A DNA stretch of 63,181 nt, counting the filler, from Bdellovibrionota bacterium (GTDB lineage Bacteria; Bdellovibrionota; Bdellovibrionia; Bdellovibrionales; JAEYZS01): assembly GCA_963169515.1 (NCBI GenBank). It is 5 parts of 5 records of this genome, joined end to end, with 100 filler letters (N's around TTAATTAATTAA, not from the genome) between each part and the next. Parts side by side here need not be neighbours in the genome. Positions count along the whole stretch, not along the records: positions 45,960 to 55,672 come from CAUJEF010000025.1; positions 55,773 to 60,216 come from CAUJEF010000028.1; 3 more parts are not named here. One strand, written 5' to 3'. Numbering within the stretch: position 1 is the first letter of the stretch; each line of letters starts with the position of its first letter. The translations under genes and the position numbers were made by a program. The notes beneath the pieces were generated by a model. The model had not been told where the DNA came from, made no database searches, and worked only from the letters and a program-made list of their open reading frames with translations. Below are positions 47,665 to 58,842 of the stretch, piece after piece.

Positions 47665-48801
47665 ATGGAAATCAAAGCATTTTTTACAGCCGTCATTTTT
47701 GCGGCAGTTTTCAGCGCGCAAGCGGCAGATGAAAACGCAGTGCTAAAGCAAGAACTTTCAGCATTGCCCGCAACATTGCCTGCGGCGCAGGCAGCGCCTG
47801 TTCCTGTGCCGGTGGCAGCTACTCTGGTAGCGCCGGCTCCAGTGCAAGCAGCTCCAGCGCAAGCGCCTATTTATATCATTGAAAAACAAGCGCCAACGTA
47901 TGTTGAAGATTCGCCTATTAAAGAATCAAAGGCAGATCAATTGCGCAAGACTCGGGAAGAAGTTGAACGTCAAACTGAGGAACGCATAGTTGAAAAATTA
48001 GAAGCAGATCGTGTGCGTTCGGAACAGGAACGTGCAGTAAAGGTAATGGATGCGTTTGAGGCAAAGCAAAGCCCAGCTCCTGCTCCGCTAGCACCAATTC
48101 CGCCTCAGACAGTGGTTGAAGCCCCACAGGCACCATTAGCCATTGCACCTCCACCGCCTGTAATAGAAGTAAAAACAGAGGCGCCGGTTTTGCCCCAGGA
48201 AGAAAAGATAAAAGATCATACAACAGTGTCTGCAGATGCGGGTTTTATTTCCTATCCATCTGCGGATAATGTTTCTGCCGGATTTTCCGGTGGTGTTTCC
48301 ATCGGTCGTTCATTTGGAAAGCAACTTTCAATGGATCTTGGTTTCTTGTATTCAAACCTTGATGTTGAATCAGCCAATCGGCTACCGTTTTGGGATCCAT
48401 TTCGTAGCGTTTGGGTTCCTAGCGTGACAGAGGTTCAACAATATAATGTTGGCGCAAATTTGAGGTACCGCTTACTAGAAGACACGACATTCTCGCCAGT
48501 TCTTGGCGGTGGATTGTCTTATACGATTCGTAACTATCAATGGGATCTTATCCCGTATTCACCAACCGTGGGTGATGCTCCAACCTCATGGGCAGTCGAC
48601 CTTGGCCTGACAATTGGGTTTGATGTAAAGTTAAGCGAAACATTTAAAGTCAGCGCAGATTATCGATATATGATGAATGTGGCCTATGACCTTGAAAGCC
48701 AATATGAACATTCGCGTATTTTTTCTGGCCCTCTGTCTCAGAAGGAGCTTGAGGAAATCGGCTATCAGGTTTTCTTGGTTAAGGGAACCTTTCTTTTCTA
48801 G
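47665..48801 (+). CDS. Outer-membrane beta-barrel protein with Pro/Ala-rich and coiled-coil N-terminal region
   Basis: Start ATG 47665 after GAGG; signal AQA|A; amphipathic beta strands (YNVGANLRY, PVLGGGLSY, ADYRY); terminal Phe. Confidence 0.85.
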   Translation: MEIKAFFTAVIFAAVFSAQAADENAVLKQELSALPATLPAAQAAPVPVPVAATLVAPAPVQAAPAQAPIYIIEKQAPTYVEDSPIKESKADQLRKTREEVERQTEERIVEKLEADRVRSEQERAVKVMDAFEAKQSPAPAPLAPIPPQTVVEAPQAPLAIAPPPPVIEVKTEAPVLPQEEKIKDHTTVSADAGFISYPSADNVSAGFSGGVSIGRSFGKQLSMDLGFLYSNLDVESANRLPFWDPFRSVWVPSVTEVQQYNVGANLRYRLLEDTTFSPVLGGGLSYTIRNYQWDLIPYSPTVGDAPTSWAVDLGLTIGFDVKLSETFKVSADYRYMMNVAYDLESQYEHSRIFSGPLSQKELEEIGYQVFLVKGTFLF

Positions 48802-48824
48802 GAACCAAATTGTTTTAGATACGC

Positions 48825-48854
48825 AAAAAAGGGAATCTTAAGATTCCCTTTTTT
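48825..48854. terminator. Rho-independent terminator (bidirectional form)
   Basis: A6-GGGAATCT-TA-AGATTCCC-T6. Confidence 0.9.
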
Positions 48855-48883
48855 ATTTCTGAAATCTCGATTAGTATTTCTTT

Positions 48884-49507
48884 ATGATTTTATTCTTGTT
48901 TATCTTCGAACTTGTTTTCGCGCAGACAGTCTCTGAGGTCGTGGGATCCGTCGATTCAATTGTTGTGACCACACGGGACGTTCGTGCCGATTGGATCGTT
49001 GAAAAGATCCTTTTTGAACCGACAAATACACAGCCATTTGTGGCGGATGTGAATTCGGCAAGTTTTAATAAAGATTTGAATCGAATATTAATGGAAAATG
49101 TAGTCTACGTTGAATCAAAACTATTCAAGGTCGTGAGTGTAACAGATGATCAAGTTAAGGCATCGTCTTTGAAATTTAAAGAAAAATTAAATGCAAATCA
49201 CTCTCTTCTAAACGATTGGAATAAGCTCGGGCTTACGAACAATGAATTCAACGCTTTGCTGACCCGAAAACTTCAGGCCAAGAGCTTTATGGAGTTCAAA
49301 ACGAAGGCATCCCTTATTCCTGTGACAGAGGCCGAGGCATTTAATTATTACAAAAATAATCGAAAAAAATTCGGTACCAAGCCCTACAAGGACTTCAAAG
49401 GGAGCATTAAAACATATTTAGCTAAGCAACAGGCGGATCAGCGCCTGAGCGAATGGTTTGGTGTTCTGAAGAAAAAGTATCAGGTTCGAAAAGTATATGT
49501 GAATTAA
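48884..49507 (+). CDS. Exported SurA N-terminal-like chaperone domain protein
   Basis: VVGSVDSIVVT..DV, VTEAEAFNYYKNN, IKTYL..Q...WFGVLKKKY pattern; no PPIase domain seen. Confidence 0.65.
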   Translation: MILFLFIFELVFAQTVSEVVGSVDSIVVTTRDVRADWIVEKILFEPTNTQPFVADVNSASFNKDLNRILMENVVYVESKLFKVVSVTDDQVKASSLKFKEKLNANHSLLNDWNKLGLTNNEFNALLTRKLQAKSFMEFKTKASLIPVTEAEAFNYYKNNRKKFGTKPYKDFKGSIKTYLAKQQADQRLSEWFGVLKKKYQVRKVYVN

Positions 49508-49513
49508 ATTTAG

Positions 49514-49954
49514 ATGACCCGAACGCTCAGAGTTTTTGACATAGATCAGTTGGTCCAAATAGTGATCGATTTAAAAAAGGCAGATCCAAATTTGGAAGAC
49601 CTCGGCTTTTCCTGGAGCCGAGAGAGTTTAATGAACGAGCTTAAAGTGGGCTGTGGGCTTGGGCTCTGGAAAGGGAACGATCTTGTTGCGTTCATCTTAT
49701 ACCGTAAGGCGGGGGAGGCCCTGGAGATTACGCTCTTATGTACAAGGGCTGGCTCTCAAAAAAGGGGGGCTATGACCGAGCTCTTTGGGAAATTCTGTGA
49801 AATTAATTTGGATAAGGATATATGGCTTGATGTGCATGAAAAGAATCATAAGGCATTGAATTTATACAAGAAAATTGGTTTCAAGCAAAATGGGCGACGA
49901 CCAAGATACTATAAAGACGGCTCAGCCGCAATTTTGATGATTTATCAGCATTAG
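49514..49954 (+). CDS. RimI-like GNAT acetyltransferase
   Basis: WS, EITLLC...QKRG, WLDVHEKNHKALNLYKKIGF..GRRPRYY.DG. Confidence 0.85.
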   Translation: MTRTLRVFDIDQLVQIVIDLKKADPNLEDLGFSWSRESLMNELKVGCGLGLWKGNDLVAFILYRKAGEALEITLLCTRAGSQKRGAMTELFGKFCEINLDKDIWLDVHEKNHKALNLYKKIGFKQNGRRPRYYKDGSAAILMIYQH

Positions 49955-50009
49955 ATCTTGCCATTAAATTACGAATTTGATAATAATTTTCCACGTTTGA
50001 AGTTGGAAG

Positions 50010-50038
50010 AAGTGGGCCTTTTCGGCCCATTTTTTTTT
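50010..50038 (+). promoter_or_regulatory. rimP leader hairpin / attenuator
   Basis: AAGTGGGCC-TTTTC-GGCCCATTT followed by a T-tract just upstream of rimP, matching the widespread AGTGGG...CCCAY rimP leader. Confidence 0.75.
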
Positions 50039-50070
50039 CTTGATGGTCTTGGTGGCAAAGGACAATTTTA

Positions 50071-50589
50071 ATGTCTTATACAGATATTTTAAAAATTAAA
50101 GAACTTGCAGCCCAGGTGTGTGAGCGCGAAGGGTGCCGCTTATACGATCTTGAATTTATTACGGGTTCGCGCGGGCAAGGGCGAAAACTTTTGATCTACA
50201 TCGATAAAGATTCGGGTGTTTCAATTGACGATTGTGAGAAAGTTTCAAAAGGGGTGAGTCTTTTGCTGGATGTAGATGATGCGGTGGCTGGTGGAGAATA
50301 TATGCTCGAGGTTTCAAGTCCGGGTTTGGAACGGCCTTTAAAAGAATCATGGCATTTTGAGTGTGTTGTAGGACGTAAAATATTTATCCAAACAGAAGAA
50401 GACCTAAACGCATTGTTAAATCTCAATGCGGACGTGAAAAGATTTAAAGCGACAGGAAAATTACTAGGCGTTCATGATGGTATGATCGACTTGGAATTGG
50501 ACGCACAACAAATTAGCGTCCCCATTCCAAGCATCAAGAAATCGAACGTCATTTTTGAAGAAACAAAAGGCAATACGAAGAGAGGATAG
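50071..50589 (+). CDS. rimP: Ribosome maturation factor RimP
   Basis: IYIDK..GVSIDDC..VS, YMLEVSSPGLERPL. Confidence 0.97.
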   Translation: MSYTDILKIKELAAQVCEREGCRLYDLEFITGSRGQGRKLLIYIDKDSGVSIDDCEKVSKGVSLLLDVDDAVAGGEYMLEVSSPGLERPLKESWHFECVVGRKIFIQTEEDLNALLNLNADVKRFKATGKLLGVHDGMIDLELDAQQISVPIPSIKKSNVIFEETKGNTKRG

Positions 50590-50591
50590 CC

Positions 50592-51995
50592 ATGGCAGCA
50601 GATAATGTATTTTCAGGCTTAAGCAGAATGATCGAACAAATTGGTAAGGAAAAGGGCATCGGCAAACAAGTAGTTGTAAATGCCATTATCCAAGGAATGC
50701 TCACCGCTGCAAAGAAAAAGTACGGCACATACAGAGAGATTGAAGCTCAGTACAATGAAGATTTAGGTGAGGTAGAGTTGTTTGAATTTAAAGAAGTCGT
50801 AGATGCCGATAAGTTTATCGATGAAGAGGTAGAAATAAAAACAGAAGATGCATTGCAACTGGATCCAGAAGCGACTGTCGGTGATTATATCGGTATTCGA
50901 TTAGAAACAAAGGATTTGGGTCGTATTGCAGCACAAACGGCGCGACAAATCATCACACAACAGGTTCGAGATGCTGAGCGTGAAATAATTTTTGCTGAAT
51001 TTGAAGAGCGCAAAGGTGAAATTGCGTCAGGTATCGTTCGTCGCGTAGAGCGAGGATCTGTTGTTGTGGATTTGGGGCGCACAGAAGCATACGTTCCAAT
51101 CCGTGAGCAAATTCCAGGTGAAAATTACAAGCCGGGCGATCGTATTCAGGGTTTTATCGCAGACGTTCGCCAAACAACGCGTGGGCCGCAAATCATTATG
51201 TCTCGCGCATCAGAGATGTATTTAACAAAACTATTCGAGCAAGAAGTTCCTGAAATCGGTGATGGAGTAATTGAAGTTAAAGCGGCTGCCCGCGAACCAG
51301 GCGCTCGCGCAAAAGTTGCTGTGTCCAGCAAGGATCCAAATATCGATCCGGTGGGGGCATGCGTGGGCATGAAGGGTTCTCGCGTGCAGACAATTGTTCA
51401 AGAATTGCAGGGAGAAAAAATTGATATAGTAAATTGGGACGAAGATGTTACCCGTTTTGTAAGTAACGCTTTAGCCCCGGCAGAAGTTTCAAAAATTTTT
51501 ATCGACGATGCGACAAAAGAAATGGAAGTTGTGGTCCCAGATCAGCAGTTAAGTCTTGCGATCGGAAAAAAAGGACAAAATGTTCGCTTGGCGGCAAAAT
51601 TGACCGGATGGAAAATTGATATTCTGTCTGAGGGCAATATGGCTGCAAAAAATGCTGAAGCAATTTTCAATTTGCTGCTCATCCCAGGTATGACAGACAC
51701 TATGGCGCAAAACATTTACCAGTCTGGTTTCGGTTCGTTCCAAAGCTTGGCGGCAGCAGAGGCAAAGGACGTTCAACGAATCCCTGGTTATGACGACGAG
51801 GCAAAAGCAACCGCGTTGATCGAAACAGCTCAGAAATTATTAAAGAAATACGAAGATTCTGGAGAACCTGTCCCGCAGGCCCCAAAACCTTCTATGGAAG
51901 CCAAAGAAGCTTTGAATTCTACAGATGCGAAAAAAGCAGCCGAAGAGCGATTGAAGCAGGAATTGGCACAACTGGCGAAAGACAAAACAGAATAG
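50592..51995 (+). CDS. nusA: Transcription factor NusA
   Basis: GRIAAQTARQ, S1, AREPG.RAK, DPVGACVG.KGSR, SLAIGKKGQNVRLA. Confidence 0.99.
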   Translation: MAADNVFSGLSRMIEQIGKEKGIGKQVVVNAIIQGMLTAAKKKYGTYREIEAQYNEDLGEVELFEFKEVVDADKFIDEEVEIKTEDALQLDPEATVGDYIGIRLETKDLGRIAAQTARQIITQQVRDAEREIIFAEFEERKGEIASGIVRRVERGSVVVDLGRTEAYVPIREQIPGENYKPGDRIQGFIADVRQTTRGPQIIMSRASEMYLTKLFEQEVPEIGDGVIEVKAAAREPGARAKVAVSSKDPNIDPVGACVGMKGSRVQTIVQELQGEKIDIVNWDEDVTRFVSNALAPAEVSKIFIDDATKEMEVVVPDQQLSLAIGKKGQNVRLAAKLTGWKIDILSEGNMAAKNAEAIFNLLLIPGMTDTMAQNIYQSGFGSFQSLAAAEAKDVQRIPGYDDEAKATALIETAQKLLKKYEDSGEPVPQAPKPSMEAKEALNSTDAKKAAEERLKQELAQLAKDKTE

Positions 51996-52005
51996 AGGTA
52001 ATCGA

Positions 52006-54636
52006 GTGTCGCAACTGAGAGTATTTGAGTTTGCAAAACAAATAGGAATGGAAACTCTGGGCTTGATGGACAAGCTGAGAGAGTGGCAGATCCCTGTGAA
52101 AAACCACATGGCGACGCTTGATGAAGACACCGTAAGTCTTATTCAGAAAAAATTGGATGAAGAAAGATCTGTTAAATCAGATTCAAAAAAGAAGACGGTT
52201 ACAAAGAAAAAAACTGGAGAGACGGCTGCCCCGAGGAAAGCGGTAGCAACGGCGGCAAAAGCCGGAAAGGAAGAAGAAAAACCGGCTGTCAAAGCAAGGA
52301 CCACGCCAAAGAAGAAAGCCGCTGAGGAAGGTGTAAAGAAAACAGCTAAAAAAGATACGGCTGCAGCGCCTGCGCGGAAAGTGATTCGCAGAAAAGCAGA
52401 AGATCTTAAGAGTATTCAGACAGCAAAAGAGGCCGAAGCGGTAGCTATTGCGGCCGAGAATCTTGAAGATAATTTGAGAGAAGGTGCTGAAAAAACGGAG
52501 ACTACAGAGAGCCAACCAGCAAAAGGTCGCAATATCGTGGGCCGGATGGATTTGAATAAAGTCCAACGAGATGCAAAGGCTAAACCAAGTCCAACGGGTT
52601 CGCCAGCCGTCGGGCCGGGGAATCGAAACCTTCGAACTGGATTTATGGTAGCGCCTGTCGATCCTCTTCATGTTCTTGAGGCTGAAGCTCGGCGTTTAGA
52701 GGAAGAAGAGAAGGAAAAAGAAAAAGAGTTAAAGAAAAAAACAAAAGCAGAGGAAGAAGAAGTTCAGAAATTCACGGCAACAGACTTCCGAAAGCGTGAA
52801 GTTATTTTTCAGCCTAAAAAGAAAAAAGTTGCATCAGCTCGTGAAGCTAAGAAAACGCAGATTACAACTCCAAAGGCGATAAAGCGCATTGTGAAAATAC
52901 ATGGAACTATAAAGGTGAAGGACTTCGCTCAAGAAATGGGTGTAAAAGTAGCTCAATTGATTTCTCGCTTGGGCAAAGAAGGCATCCTAATGGGGCTGAA
53001 CGATGATCTGGATTATGATACGGCGGCTTTGATCGCGCCAGAATTCGGATTTGAAACTCAAAATATTTTCAAATCAACAGAAGATCTTATTAAAACTTCG
53101 GCATTTGGAGAAATGGATGCTGAGCTGGTGTTGCGCGCCCCGGTTGTGACTGTTATGGGTCACGTCGACCATGGTAAGACGTCACTGTTGGATGCAATTC
53201 GAAACGCAGACGTTGCGGCTGGCGAAGCTGGCGGTATAACTCAGCATATTGGCGCATATCGAGTAAAATTAGAGGACGGCTCTTATATTACCTTTATCGA
53301 TACCCCGGGCCACGCTGCATTTACACAAATGCGCGCTCGAGGAGCAAAAGTAACTGATATTGTGGTGCTTGTTGTTGCCGCTGATGATGGTGTTATGCCT
53401 CAAACTGTTGAGGCCTTGAACCACGCCAAAGCGGCGGGCGTTCCGATCATTGTTGCTGTGAACAAAATTGATAAACAAGGCGCAAACCCGGACAAAATTA
53501 AACAGCAGCTTTCTGAATATGAAGTAATGCCGGAAGAATGGGGTGGCACTTCCATATTTGCACCAGTATCGGCATTGAAAAAAACGGGTATCAAAGAGTT
53601 ATTAGAACACATCAAACTCGTCGCGGAAGTTCAAGAATTAAAATCCAACCCTAAGCGCTCAGCAACTGGTTTTGTAATCGAAAGTAAAGTTGAAAAAGGC
53701 CGAGGTGTCGTTGCAACTTTGCTAATCAAAGATGGCACATTGAAGACATCCCAATATCTTGTCGCCGGCGAAAGCCATGGTCGTGTGCGGTCTATGATGA
53801 ATGATCGTAAACAAAAATTAGACGAAGCGGGTCCCGGAGAGCCTGTTGAATTGCTGGGGTTGAATAAGGCCCCTAATGCAGGGGATTTGTTTGACGTGGT
53901 AGAAAATGAAAAGGCAGCTGAAGAAATTGCGCGTTCAAGAACTGCAGAGGCAATTAAAAAGGTTGCCGGCCAGGCGAGTATGTCTTTGGACACGATTTTT
54001 GCAAAACTGAAAAGTGGAGACACCAAAGAACTCGCAATTATTCTGAAATCAGACGTGGCAGGATCCGGCGAAGCAATTCGGGGAATGTTAGAGAAAGTGT
54101 CAACGGATGATGTAAAGGTAAAAATTCTCCACTCTGCCGTGGGCGGAATCACGGAATCTGACGTTCTTTTGGCAAGTACATCAAAGGGTTTAATCATTGG
54201 ATTTAATGTTCGACCAGACAGCGGTGCGCAAGCCGTCGCTAAAGAAAAGGGTGTAGAAATTAAGTCGTACAGTATTATTTATGAACTTGTGGATGATGTG
54301 AAAAAGGCAATGACGGGAATGCTGGCTCCGGAATTCAAAGACGTTACCCTGGGGTCCGCGGAAGTTCGCCAGACATTTACAGTTCCAAAAGTTGGAATGA
54401 TAGCGGGCTGTATCGTAAAAGATGGAAAAATTACTCGGAACTCGTTTTTGAGATTGGTTCGCGATGGCCGTCAAATTTACGAAGGTAAAATTTCAAGCTT
54501 GAAGCGCTTTAAAGATGACGCCCGTGAAGTTGCCGGTGGGTATGAATGTGGTATAGGCATTGAGAATTATAACGATATTAAAGTCGGCGATGTAATTGAG
54601 GCATTTGAAAAACAACAGATCGCAAGGGAGTTATGA
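52006..54636 (+). CDS. infB: Translation initiation factor IF-2
   Basis: [35 protein letters not shown]. Confidence 0.99.
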   Translation: MSQLRVFEFAKQIGMETLGLMDKLREWQIPVKNHMATLDEDTVSLIQKKLDEERSVKSDSKKKTVTKKKTGETAAPRKAVATAAKAGKEEEKPAVKARTTPKKKAAEEGVKKTAKKDTAAAPARKVIRRKAEDLKSIQTAKEAEAVAIAAENLEDNLREGAEKTETTESQPAKGRNIVGRMDLNKVQRDAKAKPSPTGSPAVGPGNRNLRTGFMVAPVDPLHVLEAEARRLEEEEKEKEKELKKKTKAEEEEVQKFTATDFRKREVIFQPKKKKVASAREAKKTQITTPKAIKRIVKIHGTIKVKDFAQEMGVKVAQLISRLGKEGILMGLNDDLDYDTAALIAPEFGFETQNIFKSTEDLIKTSAFGEMDAELVLRAPVVTVMGHVDHGKTSLLDAIRNADVAAGEAGGITQHIGAYRVKLEDGSYITFIDTPGHAAFTQMRARGAKVTDIVVLVVAADDGVMPQTVEALNHAKAAGVPIIVAVNKIDKQGANPDKIKQQLSEYEVMPEEWGGTSIFAPVSALKKTGIKELLEHIKLVAEVQELKSNPKRSATGFVIESKVEKGRGVVATLLIKDGTLKTSQYLVAGESHGRVRSMMNDRKQKLDEAGPGEPVELLGLNKAPNAGDLFDVVENEKAAEEIARSRTAEAIKKVAGQASMSLDTIFAKLKSGDTKELAIILKSDVAGSGEAIRGMLEKVSTDDVKVKILHSAVGGITESDVLLASTSKGLIIGFNVRPDSGAQAVAKEKGVEIKSYSIIYELVDDVKKAMTGMLAPEFKDVTLGSAEVRQTFTVPKVGMIAGCIVKDGKITRNSFLRLVRDGRQIYEGKISSLKRFKDDAREVAGGYECGIGIENYNDIKVGDVIEAFEKQQIAREL

Positions 54637-55013
54637 TGGCAGAAGTTAAGGGGCCGTCCATCCGTATACAGCGAGTTGAAAAAGAAATTCGAGAAATCGT
54701 ATCTCAATTTGTCGTTACAGAGGTTCCTGAGTTTGAAACCATTGTGAGTGTATCCAGAGTGATTGTTAGTCGTGATTTGAGAAAGGCAAAAGTTTTGATT
54801 CATGCCCTAGAGGGCATTGAAGATACCCGAAAAGCAGTTAAAATCTTAAAAAGTTACGCCCCTGCGATTCAAAAAATAATCGCAAATCAGATACGTATGA
54901 GATACTGCCCAAGGATAGAATTATATGCGGATGAGAACTATGAAGAGGTTATGAGGGTTCATAGTTTAATCGAAGAATTGCAGCGAGAGCGCGAACAGGG
55001 AATGCAGTCTTAA
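54633..55013 (+). CDS. rbfA: Ribosome-binding factor A
   Basis: RIQRVEKEIRE, VSRDLRKAKV, MRYCPRI; follows infB. Confidence 0.93.
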   Translation: MMAEVKGPSIRIQRVEKEIREIVSQFVVTEVPEFETIVSVSRVIVSRDLRKAKVLIHALEGIEDTRKAVKILKSYAPAIQKIIANQIRMRYCPRIELYADENYEEVMRVHSLIEELQREREQGMQS

Positions 55014-55672
55014 ATGCTAAACGGACTTTTGCTTGTTAATAAACCGTCGGGTTGCACTAGCCATGATGTCGTGGCCAAAACCAGAAAAATACTGAACACC
55101 AAATCTGTCGGGCATACGGGCACTCTGGATCCGTTAGCGTCTGGTCTTATGGTGTTGCTTGTTGGGCAAGCGACCAAGCTTTCAGATTTTTTTCTGAAAG
55201 GAAACAAAGGCTATCGCGTAAGGTTAAAGTTGGGCGTGATTACAGATTCTCTCGATAGCACCGGAAAAATCCTGCATGAAAACAATCTAAACGGGCTTGC
55301 CGAAGAAAAGATTTTGGAAAAGGTTTTATTTTTGCAGGGCCATCATGTTTTGCCAATCCCATCATTTTCTGCAAAAAAAATTGATGGCGAGAAGTTATGC
55401 GATCGCGCCCGTCGGGGCGAATATGTGCCTAAAATTGAAAAGGATATGTTTTTTTATGAACTGAAAGTCATCAAAGTTGAAGTGCCGTTTGTGGAACTCT
55501 CGTTTATGTGTTCGAAGGGAAGCTTTGTGCGATCGTGGGTTCAAAGACTAGGGGAGCTGCTGCAAGTTGGCGCCTGCGTTATGGAGCTTGAAAGGGTATA
55601 CTCGGAGCCTTATAGCCTTGAAAATGCAGTTCGGTTGGACGATTTAGATGTAACAAAACTCGGTGCGGCGTG
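55014..55672 (+). CDS. truB: tRNA pseudouridine(55) synthase, 3'-truncated
   Basis: NKPSGCTSHD, GHTGTLDPLASG, CSKGSFVRS. Confidence 0.97.
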
Positions 55673-55772
55673 NNNNNNNNNNNNNNNNNNNNNNNNNNNN
55701 NNNNNNNNNNNNNNNNTTAATTAATTAANNNNNNNNNNNNNNNNNNNNNNNNNNNNNNNNNNNNNNNNNNNN
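55673..55772. other. Artificial contig-join spacer
   Basis: N44-TTAATTAATTAA-N44. Confidence 0.98.
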
Positions 55773-55988
55773 GAGAGTGAAAACGAAAATTGAGGGCATT
55801 TCTATTACAAAAATATCTCCCATTGCCCAAGTGATGCCCAAATGCTATAAGTTATTGATTATAGGGGGTTTACATCACCTCCACCAATTTTTTATTTCCC
55901 AACCCAAATCTGAATTTAGATCCACGTAAAAAAAATTGTGACAGTTATTTGATAAAACCTGGCTGTCTAAACACCACTCTGCTTCTCC

Positions 55989-57752
55989 CTATTCTAGGTG
56001 GACTTCAAGAAAGGTGGAATAAGTTGGACGAACTTTGACGTCAACAACACGTGACTTATAACCTGGAATTTCAATTTTCATCCGCACAAATCGGTCTTTA
56101 AAGGTCCCAGGCTTTGATGGATCAGCATTTGGAATGTAAGATTCAATTGCAGACCCCATATAGTAGTTACGCAAAGAAATGCGCTGTTTGTCTTGTTTTA
56201 TACCCCTAACAAATTTTTTATAACTGCCCCCATATTCCCCGCCCATTTTTACAATTTTGTCATGTACCGGCTTTTTTCTTTTCCCGTCTTGTTCATAGTA
56301 AATCCGTTTAGCTTGATTTGCTGGGCGCCCCGGAATCGTCGAAGGGTTGAGAGCAATATTAGTGCTTAAGGAAATCCGGGGTTCTGGTATGGCGTTGGCT
56401 TGGGCTTGCAAATCATCGTCACTCATTGATGAGACTTTGGCATCAATAAGAATGTCTAGGTCAATAAAAAATGACGACATTTGTTTTAGAATTTCATTAC
56501 TTTCTTTATTAGCCTTGGGAGGCAGTTGCCTGTAATCAGACCACTCGTCACCCAAAATATGATAGACAATTGTCTTAAAGGTACGATGGTCACATTCTAT
56601 GTCTTTAAAACACTCTATCCCAACTTGCGCAAGATCGTATCGATCATGAAATATCCGGCCGTTTTTGTGAGATAGCTGCGCTTCTTCTGTTTTAGTAAGC
56701 TGTTCTTCTGGTTTTTGAATAAGATCCTTCGGGGGAAGTATTAGAAGGGAATGAAACGCATTTGTTAAAACAAGCGGGACATTAAAAGGCGTATCAGTAA
56801 AAGCCTCTGGCCCGACCTCGGCACCATCAGTGTAATCTTTGTCAGAAATTACTGCGCGGATGAAATCATATCGAGCGCTCGGAACGGAAACTGCAACGTC
56901 TGATTCTAAACGAGTTCGACCCGACCCAATTAAATCCAGCAGCCAATTGGCGTTCATGGCAACACCCGCTATATTTAATGGCCGGATGCGGGTGCGAAAA
57001 ATTTCTGCGATTTCTGTTTCAGCTGCGATAAGACTGTTTTGACGAAAACTATAAATTGTTTGGCTGTTAAATGCCACGCCTTTAAGTTCTTTTATCCCAA
57101 TGAGCTTTGTCAGATTTTTTGTAAATTCACAGACCTTTTTTCGAAAAGCGCCGTCGCTTTTGCAGGATTCTTTGACCCACAGCCCGAGCGGTCCCATCTT
57201 TGATCCCCAAAATGGAGTTCCTAGAGTAATAAAATTACGAACATGACCGAAATACACTGGATTTAATCCCTCTAAATCCAATGGATCTTGAATCAGATCA
57301 CGGTACTTTGATTCATTATTTTTAATAAATGTATGGAACAGCCAAATTAAGGAAACAATGCCGCCCTGAGAATGGGTTACAAAAGAAATTTTATCATTAG
57401 GCCCTAATCCGCCCAGCTCTTGAAAATACTGATCAATTTGTTTCCCAATGACTTTACTAAACCCTGTTGTGTCCATTGTGCTGTTTTCGGTACTGTACAT
57501 TAATTGCTTAGAATGGTATTCGACGCAGCGATTTTCTGTGCATGGGTCTAATTTTGAAAGCTGATTTTCTAAGGCGCGATCCATCTTTATAAATGTCGTG
57601 TGATCACCCCCGACACCATGAACCAAAAATATTACATGTTTAAATTTTTCTTGAACTCCCGTTCCTTCCCAGCTGGAGGGGTTCCTTTTTTGAGCTACAG
57701 AGCAGGCCGCGAGATACAACAAAGCTAAAAATAAAATTGCAAGACGTTTCAT
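55989..57752 (-). CDS. Lipoprotein alpha/beta-hydrolase (lipase/esterase-like)
   Basis: Lipobox LAA|C; FLVHG, THSQGG nucleophile elbow, ITLGTPFWGS, SDVAV. Confidence 0.85.
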   Translation of the reverse strand: MKRLAILFLALLYLAACSVAQKRNPSSWEGTGVQEKFKHVIFLVHGVGGDHTTFIKMDRALENQLSKLDPCTENRCVEYHSKQLMYSTENSTMDTTGFSKVIGKQIDQYFQELGGLGPNDKISFVTHSQGGIVSLIWLFHTFIKNNESKYRDLIQDPLDLEGLNPVYFGHVRNFITLGTPFWGSKMGPLGLWVKESCKSDGAFRKKVCEFTKNLTKLIGIKELKGVAFNSQTIYSFRQNSLIAAETEIAEIFRTRIRPLNIAGVAMNANWLLDLIGSGRTRLESDVAVSVPSARYDFIRAVISDKDYTDGAEVGPEAFTDTPFNVPLVLTNAFHSLLILPPKDLIQKPEEQLTKTEEAQLSHKNGRIFHDRYDLAQVGIECFKDIECDHRTFKTIVYHILGDEWSDYRQLPPKANKESNEILKQMSSFFIDLDILIDAKVSSMSDDDLQAQANAIPEPRISLSTNIALNPSTIPGRPANQAKRIYYEQDGKRKKPVHDKIVKMGGEYGGSYKKFVRGIKQDKQRISLRNYYMGSAIESYIPNADPSKPGTFKDRFVRMKIEIPGYKSRVVDVKVRPTYSTFLEVHLE

Positions 57753-57769
57753 CAGGGTGCTCCGAATGC

Positions 57770-58357
57770 TTACAGTTCTACTTTTTTTCGGGGCTTGGTG
57801 ATTACCGCAAAGTTAATTTCATTTCCGCCAGCTTCGGTGACCGTATACATGACTTTTTTGATGCTCAAAAAGTCTATATTCTTGTCAGCCTGGACTGTAA
57901 TGCGGCGAAATTTCTTAGCTTCGTCATTTTGTGCGGCTTTGTCTTTTCCATAGACGACATTTTTGACTTTATTTTTAAGATCAGCGCGATACTTGATTTC
58001 GTCTTCACGAATTTTATCTGTGAGCGACTTAAAGAGCGGCTGAATCAGCCAGTCGGTTTGCTGTTTAACCTTATCAAAGTCGATGATGATTTCATCATCC
58101 AATAAGACTTTGTCGCTAGAAACAGTAACAACATGAGCCGGAGTAAGCTCCTTTACTTCGGATGCTGTCGGTAGAACCACATTTTTCGGTATGTGCAATA
58201 CCTCGCCCGTTGCTTTGTAGTTTTGCAAAAGGAATACTGTCAAAACCGTAAACATATCCACCATCGCAGTCAGGGAAAGCGTCGCCAAAACCTTTCGTTT
58301 TCCACCGCGCTTAGAGCGATTGTGTCTATCACGTTTGCCTGGGGCATAAATAGCCAT
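57770..58357 (-). CDS. ExbD/TolR family, AglS-like gliding motor subunit
   Basis: LTAMVDMFTVLTVFLL TM with conserved Asp; QADKNIDF..IKKVMYT...AG...INFAV. Confidence 0.88.
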   Translation of the reverse strand: MAIYAPGKRDRHNRSKRGGKRKVLATLSLTAMVDMFTVLTVFLLQNYKATGEVLHIPKNVVLPTASEVKELTPAHVVTVSSDKVLLDDEIIIDFDKVKQQTDWLIQPLFKSLTDKIREDEIKYRADLKNKVKNVVYGKDKAAQNDEAKKFRRITVQADKNIDFLSIKKVMYTVTEAGGNEINFAVITKPRKKVEL

Positions 58358-58358
58358 C

Positions 58359-58829
58359 CTACACTCCTTGGGTCGCTACGCTAATTTCTTCAAAACCTGA
58401 TGTCAGCAAAAGATCCATTCCACGGATGAGATCATCGTACACAAGGCTTTCCATAACTGAAATTATGGCATCTTTTTTGTCTGGATATTTTTGCTTAATT
58501 TCTTGAAGCTGCTGCGACAATGCTTCGTCATTAAACTGACCGTTCACCTTTGGAATTGATGAAATCTGTTTGCCTAGGCGCAAGGTGTATCCCCTATCGG
58601 TGACATCTAAACGAAAGGCGATCTCAGATCGTGGGGGAGGTTCCACTTCTCCGGTATCTGTTCGTTTGGAATAGATCGAGCTTCCAATTTGAATCATGGA
58701 AACTTGGGTCCACACGGCCGTGATTAAAAGGAAGATAATACACACGCTCATCAAATCGATGAACGGAACTATATTCAGATCTACGTTCTTATCTCTCTCT
58801 CCGCCATTGCCATCATCTACTTGAGCCAT
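58359..58829 (-). CDS. ExbD/TolR family, AglQ-like gliding motor subunit
   Basis: LNIVPFIDLMSVCIIFLLITAVW; YDDLIRGMD...GF. Confidence 0.9.
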   Translation of the reverse strand: MAQVDDGNGGERDKNVDLNIVPFIDLMSVCIIFLLITAVWTQVSMIQIGSSIYSKRTDTGEVEPPPRSEIAFRLDVTDRGYTLRLGKQISSIPKVNGQFNDEALSQQLQEIKQKYPDKKDAIISVMESLVYDDLIRGMDLLLTSGFEEISVATQGV

Positions 58830-58842
58830 AGGTAGCCTCTTG

